Below, piece after piece: positions 1-8,199 of a stretch of 24,178 bases of DNA. A program made the translations under genes and the position numbers. This DNA comes from a virus (Duplodnaviria; Caudoviricetes). Under the pieces are notes generated by a model. That model saw only the letters and a program-made list of their open reading frames with translations. It did not search any database and was not told the DNA's origin. Positions within the stretch are counted from its first letter, which is position 1, and every line of letters begins with the position of its first letter. The stretch covers positions 1 through 24,178 of the IMG/VR virus record IMGVR_UViG_3300031910_000041; one strand, 5' to 3'.

Positions 1-2
1 GC

Positions 3-596
3 GCAAATAGTGCGGACCGGGCCGGGCAGCACAAACATCTTGGGCAGCATCACCTCCGGCGGAAACAGCGGATTGCAAGCCAGCAGCAGACGGCGGGCAT
101 GCTCCCGGAAATGCAGGGCCGTCAACTCGATGGAGTGGATGCCCGCGCCGTCTTGTTTGACGTGGATTTCGGTGATCTTCCCCCCCCAGCGGCGCCGCCA
201 ATTCGGATGCAAAGGATCAAAGTCGATGATCAGATTCAAATCGGAGATCGGCATGGTCTGATGGGTCATCCAGTCGACCAGCCAATTGTCGTACAAAATG
301 GTGAGTGTGCATTTCCCGGTGTCCTCCATCAGCTCCTCCACCGAGCAGGACAACTCGCCTTCGAGGGTGTTCATCACGTTCAGGTCGCCGTCGGTGATCC
401 GGATCAGGGGGCGTTGTTTGGCGCCCTCGAGGACGGTGTGCCGGACCCCGTTCAGATAGGTGGCGCACGCCGCCGTGTCCGTCAACAAATCGGGGACGGC
501 CGGCCCGGCGATCGGCAGCTTGATCCATTGGTCGAACTGCAGGCCGATGTCGAAGTTCGTCGGGCCGCCCAACAATGCGCTGATGGCTTGACTCAC
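3..596 (-). CDS. Minor tail protein (Gp37-like hub), 3' partial
   Basis: Not in the ORF track because it runs off the window. GTG at 596 overlaps the upstream stop; manual translation VSQAISALLGG...RPLIRITDGDLN...WRRRWGGKITEIHV...ACNPLFPPEVMLPKMFVLPGP resembles mycobacteriophage minor tail proteins. Confidence 0.85.
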   Translation of the reverse strand, partial: MSQAISALLGGPTNFDIGLQFDQWIKLPIAGPAVPDLLTDTAACATYLNGVRHTVLEGAKQRPLIRITDGDLNVMNTLEGELSCSVEELMEDTGKCTLTILYDNWLVDWMTHQTMPISDLNLIIDFDPLHPNWRRRWGGKITEIHVKQDGAGIHSIELTALHFREHARRLLLACNPLFPPEVMLPKMFVLPGPVRTIC

Positions 597-1699
597 CGCG
601 ACCTCTTAAAGCGTTGTCCGACTTGGGCGACGATCACCCCGGCCGGATCACTGTGCCCGACGGTCAACTGGACGACGGTTTTCGGGGGGATCGCATAGAT
701 AAACCGGTTCGCAAACTGCAGTTGCAGGGGCAGGCCTTCGTTGGCGATGCCGCCCAGGAAGAAGTCGAGGATCTGGGATTGCCGGATCAGGTCGAACAAC
801 AAATTGTCTTGCGGGTCGTTGGCGGCGGTCAGGGTGCGGTGCGCGGGTTCGGTGTCACACATGAACGTTCCGACGCTGTTGGTGGTGACCGGCAGCGCGA
901 CCAGTCGGGTTGAGGCGTTGTCCTGCACGATCGCCTGCCCCGGCGAGCTGACGTAATAGGTCGCGTAGCTGGGCAAATCCCCGCGGTTGGCCAGTGGCAG
1001 CGTCCCCCAGTAGTAGGTCTGCCCGAGTAGGGCATCCAATGTTCCGGCCAGCAGACCGGCGGGGGGTGGTTTCGCCGGCCCGGCTTGGCTGGCTTGGAAC
1101 GGCAGTGTCAGGGCGGGTTTGGTGTAGTAGGGGCGGGCGGCCAGCCAGGTCAGATCCCAGGCGGAGAAGTTGTTCCCGAACGCGGTCGGGTCCTGCGTCT
1201 GCGGGGTTTGCACGGTGGTTTGTGGGCGGACCGGGATCCACCGCCACCCGGAGAATCGGGTGTAGACGGCGAGCCAGCCGTCGTTGGTTTCGTCCTGGCC
1301 GGCCCACCAGTGTTCTTCGGCCATCCGGTATTGATATTCGGTCAGGGGTGGGGCGTGGTTGCCGATGATGATCTTCAAATTCAGTTGCCGTTGGCCGACG
1401 TTCTGCCGTTGAATCGAGGCGCCCATCATGTAGGGGGAGTTGACGAGGACTTGTTCGGTGGGCCAGTTCTGGTCGCCCATGATCTGCCCGGAGCCGGACC
1501 CGGCGAGCCGTACCCCTTGGCGGCCTTTCCGGGGGCCGGCGAGGTCCCAGTAGTTTCCGAGCGGGTCGAGGTAGAGGATGTGGGTTTGCATGCCCCGCAG
1601 CGCGGGCGGCAACTGGTTGAAGGGGACAGCGGCGTCGGTGAACGGGGGGCGCCCCATGCTGGTGGTGGTGTTGCCCGGCGGGTAGGACGGCGTGGTCAT
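593..1699 (-). CDS. Minor tail protein (distal tail-like)
   Basis: 368 aa, directly after TMP; WDLAGP..G.QGV and YTRFSGWRW motifs typical of this position in mycobacteriophages. Confidence 0.85.
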   Translation of the reverse strand: MTTPSYPPGNTTTSMGRPPFTDAAVPFNQLPPALRGMQTHILYLDPLGNYWDLAGPRKGRQGVRLAGSGSGQIMGDQNWPTEQVLVNSPYMMGASIQRQNVGQRQLNLKIIIGNHAPPLTEYQYRMAEEHWWAGQDETNDGWLAVYTRFSGWRWIPVRPQTTVQTPQTQDPTAFGNNFSAWDLTWLAARPYYTKPALTLPFQASQAGPAKPPPAGLLAGTLDALLGQTYYWGTLPLANRGDLPSYATYYVSSPGQAIVQDNASTRLVALPVTTNSVGTFMCDTEPAHRTLTAANDPQDNLLFDLIRQSQILDFFLGGIANEGLPLQLQFANRFIYAIPPKTVVQLTVGHSDPAGVIVAQVGQRFKRSR

Positions 1700-4128
1700 G
1701 TCGCGTGCGGCAATCCCGCTGCCCCAGTGGTGGGGAAGCTAGCCTGGCTGGCGGCGGTTTGCAGGGCGGTGATGTGGTCGGCGGCGTTGTTCCCGGCGAT
1801 CACGGGGCTGTTCAGGGACACGCTGTTGATGTTGGTGGTCCCTGGACTGCCCGCGGTGCCCCCACTCCCGCCGCCGCCGGGGCCGCCGTGCGCGGCGCTC
1901 GCCATCTTCGCCAACCCCATCCCGTAGTTGAGGCCGGCCATGCCCATCTTCCAGGCGCCCCATTGGGTGAACGGTTTCCCGAACACGTCGGGGAACCCCA
2001 ACTCTTGGAACATGCCGGAGATGATGGACTGCCCGAGCTGCTCCCCACCACCGCCGCCCGCGCCGCCACCGCCAGCCCCGCCGCCCCCGCCGCCGCCGCC
2101 GCCCATGTCGACGCGGGAGCCGCCGCGCCCAGTCGCGGCCTGCATCTCAGCTTGAGAGGGGGCCTTCGTCATCGCCCAATGCACGTGATCGGTATGTTCG
2201 GCGAGCATGGCGGCGCCGTACACGTTGCCGAATTTCCCGTTTTTGATGCAGTTATTCGAGTCGAATCCTGGGCCGCTGTAGATGAGTTCGAGGGTGTATT
2301 GGGCCCAGTTCTGCGCCACCCAATTCGCCAGGTCGGCCATCTGTTCTTGGGTGCCGTGGAAGTCGAATGCGTATCCTTTGCCGTGCCAGCCCTGGTCTTT
2401 GGGATGGGTGGCGTTTTCCCAGGATCCGGTGCCGAAGGTGTTGGGGATCCCGAAGTTTTCGGTGACCCAGGAGCGGATCTCGTTTTCGTTGGGGGGTGCC
2501 GCGGTGGGGGCGCCGGCGGCGGCACCGAAATCGCCGCCACCTCCTCCGCCGCCGCCGGTGTAGCGGCCCCGGCCCCCTGCGCTGGTCCCCCCGCCGCCGC
2601 GGCCGCCGCCGCTCTGAGTCCACCACGTCTGCGCCCAGCGTTTCGGGCGCTGCGCCATCGGCACCCGTTCAGCGACGATGATCTGCTGCTCGCGGGTGGC
2701 ATGATCAGGGCGGTCAGCGAACTCCAGGCCGCCGAAGTCACGCCAGGTCGGCATGTCGAACTGCAGGCCACCGTAGTGGCCGGTGCCGCCGCTGTCGGGA
2801 TCCGCCCAGTTTCCGGACGATTCGGCCTGGGCGAGGGCGTCCCAGTCGGTGGTCGAGGATTCCTCACTCCGCCACCCGCTACGGCCACCCCCACCCCCAC
2901 CGCCACCGCCGCCGCCGCCGCCGCCGCCCCCTGCGGCGCCGCCGGTTTCCGGCGGATACCACTGGTTATAGAAACCACCTCCAGGCGGCGCATACGAAGG
3001 CAGCCCAGGTGGGTTCACCCCGCCCGGGGCGCGGGTGGCGCCTGCAGGGATGGGGCCGATGAACCCCTCTGCATAAGGTTCGGGCTGGCGGCTGTAGAAC
3101 GTCCCCCCGGAATCCTTAGGCCACCAATACTTTTGGTTAGGCCCAGCGGCAGCGTAAATCGATGACGGCGGCTCTCCCCAGCCTGTTCGGCCTAAAACGT
3201 GCTGCTGCATCCACCGCCCGATCGGCTCGCCTTTATCCAGCCTGTCGAGCCAACTGATATGCGAGTCAAGCCAGTCGTTGATATGGACGATGTCCGTAAA
3301 CAAATCTTTCGCGATTTCCAGATAGCCGATAAAGGTTGCGCCTTTGTCGATCCACCCGCCCAGGCCGCCGCTGGATGACTTCCCGAACTCGTCGCCCGCG
3401 GTTTTCGCCTGCTGCAAATGAGTCACAACATCGCTGGTTTTGTTGCTGATGTCATTGATCTCGGTGTCTACACCGGGCGGGATCTGCCAGCTTTTCATAT
3501 CGATGCCAACGGTGGCGGCGATGTCCGCGGTTTTCGACAGGCCGGTGTTGATGCTGTCGATGGCGCCGGTGACGTTGCTGCCTCTGAGGCCGTCGCCGAT
3601 GGCGCCGCCGATCGTGGCGCCGATCGCCGCCCCGTCGATACTCTGCAGCTTGGCTTTGATGCCGCCGCTGATTTTCTCCCCGGCGTCATTCCCGGTTTGT
3701 TCCGCGGTGGCGGTGATCCCCTTGTTGATGCTCGCGCCGATCTCTTTCCCGGCGTTTTCGGCGGCCGCTTTCGTCCCCGAGGACACGGGTTTCCCGGCGA
3801 CGACATCGGAGAGGACCCCGCCGCCGCCGCTGGGCGCGGTTTTCATGCCTTCGGCGATGCCGGTATTCAGGCCTTTCCCGATCTCGGTTCCAGCCCTTTG
3901 GGAGGCGGTTTTCGTCGCCGTCCCGATGGGTTTCCCTTGGATGACTTCGCCGAGGACAGAGGCATCCGACGGCAGCGCAACTTGTTTCATGCCTTCGGTG
4001 AAGCCCTGCAAAAACGTTTTCGCGCCTTCGCGGCCGGCGGCCAGGAACTGGTTGCCCAGCCCCGACATCTTCGGGGCGACGTTGATGAAAACGGTCCCAA
4101 GTTCATTCCCGCCCGCAGGGGTGGTCAT
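1696..4128 (-). CDS. Tape measure protein with Rpf-like transglycosylase and putative Zn-peptidase domains
   Basis: Follows the chaperones; N-term ELGTVFINVAP; DWDALAQAESSGNW...YGGLQF...ATREQQIIVAERV (Rpf); H...HGKGYAFDF...HTDHVH; ATG 4128 overlaps the upstream stop (alternative start 4134). Confidence 0.9.
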   Translation of the reverse strand: MTTPAGGNELGTVFINVAPKMSGLGNQFLAAGREGAKTFLQGFTEGMKQVALPSDASVLGEVIQGKPIGTATKTASQRAGTEIGKGLNTGIAEGMKTAPSGGGGVLSDVVAGKPVSSGTKAAAENAGKEIGASINKGITATAEQTGNDAGEKISGGIKAKLQSIDGAAIGATIGGAIGDGLRGSNVTGAIDSINTGLSKTADIAATVGIDMKSWQIPPGVDTEINDISNKTSDVVTHLQQAKTAGDEFGKSSSGGLGGWIDKGATFIGYLEIAKDLFTDIVHINDWLDSHISWLDRLDKGEPIGRWMQQHVLGRTGWGEPPSSIYAAAGPNQKYWWPKDSGGTFYSRQPEPYAEGFIGPIPAGATRAPGGVNPPGLPSYAPPGGGFYNQWYPPETGGAAGGGGGGGGGGGGGGGGRSGWRSEESSTTDWDALAQAESSGNWADPDSGGTGHYGGLQFDMPTWRDFGGLEFADRPDHATREQQIIVAERVPMAQRPKRWAQTWWTQSGGGRGGGGTSAGGRGRYTGGGGGGGGDFGAAAGAPTAAPPNENEIRSWVTENFGIPNTFGTGSWENATHPKDQGWHGKGYAFDFHGTQEQMADLANWVAQNWAQYTLELIYSGPGFDSNNCIKNGKFGNVYGAAMLAEHTDHVHWAMTKAPSQAEMQAATGRGGSRVDMGGGGGGGGGAGGGGAGGGGGEQLGQSIISGMFQELGFPDVFGKPFTQWGAWKMGMAGLNYGMGLAKMASAAHGGPGGGGSGGTAGSPGTTNINSVSLNSPVIAGNNAADHITALQTAASQASFPTTGAAGLPHAT

Positions 4129-4523
4129 CGCCACCGCCGCTCATGGGACTTGCCCTTGGGCCGCTGCTCGCGTTCGGCGTCGAGCGCGTCCATTTCCTCC
4201 CAGGTCATGACGTCGGCGGGAAACATCTGCTCGCCGGGCAGCCGATCCCCCAGGCCTGGGCGGTCGTAGGGTCCGGTCAGATGGGCGACACCGGCCTGGG
4301 CTTCGGCCATGTTCGCCAGGACATGGTCGGTGCGGGTCCAGCCGTCATCGAACGCGTGCCGCAACGCGGACCCGGGCGGGGCGGCCACCACAATCGAAAT
4401 CAGCTCATTGATGGTGAGCCGGTCGGTGAACATATCCGCGCTCCGGAAACCCAGCGTGAGTAGATCCCGTTGCAGGGCGTGGTGGAATCTGCCCACCGCC
4501 TGGGTGAGCATCAGGATTCCCCC
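4125..4523 (-). CDS. Tail assembly chaperone, -1 frame extension (T portion)
   Basis: Open -1 frame from the slippery site to the TMP start; an ATG at 4511 also overlaps the G stop. Confidence 0.8.
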   Translation of the reverse strand, partial: GGILMLTQAVGRFHHALQRDLLTLGFRSADMFTDRLTINELISIVVAAPPGSALRHAFDDGWTRTDHVLANMAEAQAGVAHLTGPYDRPGLGDRLPGEQMFPADVMTWEEMDALDAEREQRPKGKSHERRWR

Positions 4524-4951
4524 GGCGGCTCCCCACCCGTCGGGCGGTTGATCGGCTTGAACCACGCCGTATACATGTTGTTCTGATCGGTGGGATCGTC
4601 ATCGCCGAGGGCGGCGACCCGCAGCCGGATCGCTTTGGGGACTTCAGCTTTGATCAGCCATTCGAAGCCCTGGAACATTTCGTTGAGGTCATAGATCAGG
4701 CAGAAAAATTCTTGGCTGGTTTTCACCGTGGAGATGTGCGGGAGGACGATCGGGTCGCCGCCTTTGCGGGGCTTCCACACGAAAATCTTGCGGTCCCCGT
4801 ACGGGTGCTCAATGTCGGGCACTTTTGTCGGGGGTGGCAGCGGGGTAGGGTTGGCGGCGCCGTTACTCGCCGGGCCGTTGGTTTTCTGCGGCGCCGCCAA
4901 GCTCGCGGGTTTCGGGGCCGTCGCCCGTTTCCGGGGTGGGGCTGCGGTCAT
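4511..4951 (-). CDS. Tail assembly chaperone (G), 146 aa
   Basis: ATG 4951 overlaps the major tail stop (TGATG); ends ...GEPPGES* over G GGG GAA. Confidence 0.85.
   Translation of the reverse strand: MTAAPPRKRATAPKPASLAAPQKTNGPASNGAANPTPLPPPTKVPDIEHPYGDRKIFVWKPRKGGDPIVLPHISTVKTSQEFFCLIYDLNEMFQGFEWLIKAEVPKAIRLRVAALGDDDPTDQNNMYTAWFKPINRPTGGEPPGES
4517..4523 (-). promoter_or_regulatory. Programmed -1 frameshift slippery site GGGGGAA
   Basis: CCG GGG GAA TCC TGA; a -1 shift gives GGG GGA ATC CTG ATG, entering the downstream ORF. Confidence 0.85.
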
Positions 4952-5541
4952 CAGGTGAAGATCCCGTCGTCCCAGTATTCGATCGCGAAATCGTTGTTGT
5001 CGTCGGGGAACGCCTCCAGGGTGACGTCGAAGGTCGCCAATTCTTTGTGCGACCATTTCGGGCCGGCGATCGAGGTGGGGCGACCGTAGCCGACAACCAG
5101 GCGCGCCGACATCTTCTGGTAGTACGCATCGAAGACCCAAATCCCGGAATCCAGCAACTTCCCGTTGATGTGGCTGGTATACAGGGTGCCGGTGGTCGCC
5201 GTCGGCGGCGTTACGGTCACATTCGAGGATCCGTGGACAGCGTTCTGGACGTCTTTGTTCACCATTTGAAGGAGCTTGAATTTCAATTGCAGCCCGTAGT
5301 GATCCTGCAGGATGGCGATCAGGTTTCCGCCCCAGTCGTACTGTTTGCCTTCCGGCCGGTCTTCGACCCGGTCCAAACCGTTCTGTTCAACGCGGCCCAG
5401 GGTGACGAACGCGGGATCCAACGCGCTGGTGGAGTCGGTGGGCATCGTGGTGCCGAACGGGGCGAACCGCACGCCGCCGGTGACCTTAGGGGAGGGGGCG
5501 GCGATTTCCTGGACTTCGGCGATCACAACGGGGGCACTCAT
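4951..5541 (-). CDS. Major tail protein
   Basis: 196 aa, strong AGGAGG RBS, GGVRFAPFGTTMPTD...LG...DWGG motifs. Confidence 0.9.
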   Translation of the reverse strand: MSAPVVIAEVQEIAAPSPKVTGGVRFAPFGTTMPTDSTSALDPAFVTLGRVEQNGLDRVEDRPEGKQYDWGGNLIAILQDHYGLQLKFKLLQMVNKDVQNAVHGSSNVTVTPPTATTGTLYTSHINGKLLDSGIWVFDAYYQKMSARLVVGYGRPTSIAGPKWSHKELATFDVTLEAFPDDNNDFAIEYWDDGIFT

Positions 5542-5614
5542 TCGGTTTCCTCCTGCTCAAGCATGTAGCAATGCTGCACGGCTTAGCATTGCACGCCAAA
5601 AGGGGTTTCGGGGG

Positions 5615-6070
5615 TTAGGACACGGCGAGGGCCTGGCCGGGGATCCGCCACATCAGCATCGCCTTGTAGCGGGGCATGTTGACCAGGGGATCGTTTTGTT
5701 TGAACAGGTTGCCCTGCACTTTGGAATGCGCCACCCACCAGTCGACGCCGTCGGGGTCGGTGACGGTGAACGTGTAGATGCCGCGGGCCCCGTAGCCCAG
5801 GGCGGTGCGAAGGTTTTTCGCGGCAGCCGGTTCCTCGTTCTGCGGGGCGTAGGAGTGCAGGATCAGGGACAGGTCGAACATGATTTCGTCGTCCCGCATG
5901 AAGCCGCCACCAGCCTCCAAACGAAGCCAGGGGGTGACGGTGTCCGCGCGGGCCGCCGGTTTCGGCAGCCGGGTGGTGACCGGGACCGGGGACATCAGCG
6001 GGGTGAAATACGCCAGCGCCAACGATTCGGGGTCGGGGCCGACGATGCCGTACGGGGTTGGCGCGGTCAT
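5615..6070 (-). CDS. Tail terminator-like protein
   Basis: ATG 6070 overlaps the upstream stop; position before major tail; V.TRLP, GG, DP...PRY motifs. Confidence 0.75.
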   Translation of the reverse strand: MTAPTPYGIVGPDPESLALAYFTPLMSPVPVTTRLPKPAARADTVTPWLRLEAGGGFMRDDEIMFDLSLILHSYAPQNEEPAAAKNLRTALGYGARGIYTFTVTDPDGVDWWVAHSKVQGNLFKQNDPLVNMPRYKAMLMWRIPGQALAVS

Positions 6071-6447
6071 TGGGTGGCCGTCCCACCGAAATGCGCCAAC
6101 GCCTTGAACAGTGTCGAATTGTGGGCGTCGTCGATCATGGCCGCGAAATTGCTGGACCACACGTTAGCGCGGGCACGTTTGGAGTCCGGCCACGACTGCA
6201 CTTCGGTCACCGCGTAGATGGCGCCTTTCTGCACGGCGATGCTGTTGGCGTAGTCGGCGATCTGCGCCACCTCGTCAGCCAGGGCGGCGATGACGGCGGG
6301 GGCGTGCAGGGCTTGGATCGCGAACGCCGAGAAGGCGGCTTTGTCGATGACCATCTCGGAGCCGTCCCGGAAGGTGTGCGCCCCGGCCGGCGCGTCGGTA
6401 TCGGTGCCGGGATCATCGGCGCCGCCGCCGGCCAACGGTTCGGTCAT
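6067..6447 (-). CDS. Neck/tail-completion protein (putative)
   Basis: ATG 6447 with ATGA overlap; synteny; RARANVW...DDA.NSTL.KA motif. Confidence 0.65.
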   Translation of the reverse strand: MTEPLAGGGADDPGTDTDAPAGAHTFRDGSEMVIDKAAFSAFAIQALHAPAVIAALADEVAQIADYANSIAVQKGAIYAVTEVQSWPDSKRARANVWSSNFAAMIDDAHNSTLFKALAHFGGTATQ

Positions 6448-6842
6448 GTGATCCGCCGCAGCTTCACAACCCCACCCGCCCACGCGTACAGCTTTTTGAA
6501 CGGGCCCTGAAAGTCGCTGGTGGGGTCGCCGTTCACCCAATACTGCACCCCACCGTCATAGTTCCCGGACTCGTCGACGGTGCCGCCCAGGATCACCCCA
6601 TCGGACGCGGAATAGTGTTGCGGGTCGGGGACCGCCATATCCAGGGTGGTTTCGATGCGGTCAAGGAACTCCGGCGAAATCACTTCCGAGCTGCTGCCCA
6701 GCCGCCCGGCCTGGTGGTACGAATACACGTAGCGGATGACGGGGGCGCCGTCTTTGATCGGGTTGTTGCCGTGGGCGTCGGTGGTGGTGGTGTCCACGGT
6801 GCGGGGGGTGTGCAGCACCGGCCACGGCGCCGGGATCTTCAT
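6444..6842 (-). CDS. Head-to-tail stopper
   Basis: 132 aa; DAHGN near the N-term, V.G.P, C-term VVKLRRIT; synteny. Confidence 0.8.
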   Translation of the reverse strand: MKIPAPWPVLHTPRTVDTTTTDAHGNNPIKDGAPVIRYVYSYHQAGRLGSSSEVISPEFLDRIETTLDMAVPDPQHYSASDGVILGGTVDESGNYDGGVQYWVNGDPTSDFQGPFKKLYAWAGGVVKLRRIT

Positions 6843-7495
6843 CAGGCGACCACCGGCAGCCGGTAGGGGGCCAGCCGGTCCATCTGCTCACAGTTCAGGT
6901 TCAGGCCGGCGTTGCGGGTCAAGGTCAACTGGTAGCCGGGGGTGGTGATCCCGGACACATTACCGGCGGTCATTTCCGCCGCCACTTCCGCCAACTCGTA
7001 GGCCACCGATTTAACATCCGCCGGGACCGCCGGATAGCCGTGAGTAAAAGTGACGGTGGCGTAGCCGAAGTTCATCCACGGCAAATACGCCGGCGTGTCC
7101 GGCCCGTAGTAGAAGCCGGAATAGCCGCCCCAACCCCACCCCGTCAAACCCAGCGGCATGATCCAGCCGTTGGCGAACCACTCGTACATGTCGGGGTCGA
7201 TGGTGATGCTGGTGTTTACCCCGGTCTGCACGGTCAGCTGGGCGACATCGGTGACATACAGCGACGGGAGCATGATGCGGCCGTTGGTGCCGATCCGCAG
7301 CCGATCAACGGTGTCGGTGTCGTTCGGATAGATCCGCCACCCGCAATACGTCCGGATGCGGGCCCCGGCCACCGACAGGAAATAGTTGGGGTCCTGCGCC
7401 TGGAATGACGCCCAGTCCGGGTCGTTGGGGTCACACAGCGGCGGGTACGGGTCACGCCGTGCCGCTGGTGACGACACCGGACTGGGCGCAGTCAC
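6842..7495 (-). CDS. Head-to-tail adaptor
   Basis: 217 aa; IRTYCGWRIYP, VTFTHGY..VPADV, LAPYRL motifs. Confidence 0.85.
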   Translation of the reverse strand: MTAPSPVSSPAARRDPYPPLCDPNDPDWASFQAQDPNYFLSVAGARIRTYCGWRIYPNDTDTVDRLRIGTNGRIMLPSLYVTDVAQLTVQTGVNTSITIDPDMYEWFANGWIMPLGLTGWGWGGYSGFYYGPDTPAYLPWMNFGYATVTFTHGYPAVPADVKSVAYELAEVAAEMTAGNVSGITTPGYQLTLTRNAGLNLNCEQMDRLAPYRLPVVA

Positions 7496-7947
7496 TGTTC
7501 CGCCTCCTCGAGCAGGGCGATCAACTCACTTTTGCGGGCATTAGCGGGGTAGTCGACCTCGAGGTCATCCAGGGCGTTCTTGAGTTCGGTCACCGTCCAC
7601 CCCTCGAGGTCGACGCCCTCCGAAGCTTCGGTGTCCCACAACGACGGCTGCTCATCGGGTTCGGCTTCGGACGAACCGGCTGCACCCATCGGTTCCGCGG
7701 AGGCAAACGCGGGAAGTGGGACACCGAAGTCAGAATCCACCGCCACGGTCGCGGTATCGGGGAGCTCACCGGGCACCGACCGCGCCAACTCCACCAAATG
7801 GTCGGGCACCTGTTCACCGACGGCTTTAAACCGCTCCACCCCAGCCACGATCGACAACGCCCACCCGGTATCGGGGTTACGCACCCAGATCTTGCCGGGC
7901 GGCGGCGGCGGCATCCGCCCGAACCGGCCCGGCGCCGGCGCCGACAT
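7492..7947 (-). CDS. Hypothetical protein with C-terminal HeH/LEM (Rho-N-like) motif
   Basis: ATG 7947 (TGATG overlap); WTVTELKNALDDLEVDYPANARKSELIALL. Confidence 0.7.
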   Translation of the reverse strand: MSAPAPGRFGRMPPPPPGKIWVRNPDTGWALSIVAGVERFKAVGEQVPDHLVELARSVPGELPDTATVAVDSDFGVPLPAFASAEPMGAAGSSEAEPDEQPSLWDTEASEGVDLEGWTVTELKNALDDLEVDYPANARKSELIALLEEAEQ

Positions 7948-8135
7948 CAGGCGACCGCGATGCTGGTGGCGGTCGTGGTGACCTGCGCGGTGCCACCCCA
8001 ACCCGGGGCGGTGGCGTGGGCGGACTGCAGCCAGTTATGCAGGGCGAGCAGGGTGCAGGGCGTAGTCAATGCGCCGGGCGGCTTCGTCACACCGGAACGG
8101 GTTTCGGGGGATTCGGGGGAATCTTTAGCAACCAT
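7947..8135 (-). CDS. Small post-capsid protein (62 aa), homolog of 14934-15110
   Basis: MVAKDSP...LTTPCTLLALHNWL...VTTTATSIAVA; stop overlaps the next ATG; a conserved paralog supports coding status. Confidence 0.75.
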   Translation of the reverse strand: MVAKDSPESPETRSGVTKPPGALTTPCTLLALHNWLQSAHATAPGWGGTAQVTTTATSIAVA

Positions 8136-8199
8136 AGTGGGAAGCGTAACGCCCAACCGGTGAGCAATGCCCAACCGGTTGAGCGTGTCGCTTGCTGTC

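Noticed and set aside
217-528. 103-aa minus-strand ORF in the track
   Set aside because: Wrong frame; the frame starting at GTG 596 gives a recognisable minor tail protein
2040-2945. (GCC)n-like tracts as microsatellites or phase-variation sites
   Set aside because: In-frame poly-Gly linkers of the TMP with mixed codons
1705-3165. Long plus-strand ORFs opposite structural genes (also 99-698, 8782-9723, 18656-19834, 19515-20480)
   Set aside because: Antisense shadows of high-GC genes with no recognisable motifs
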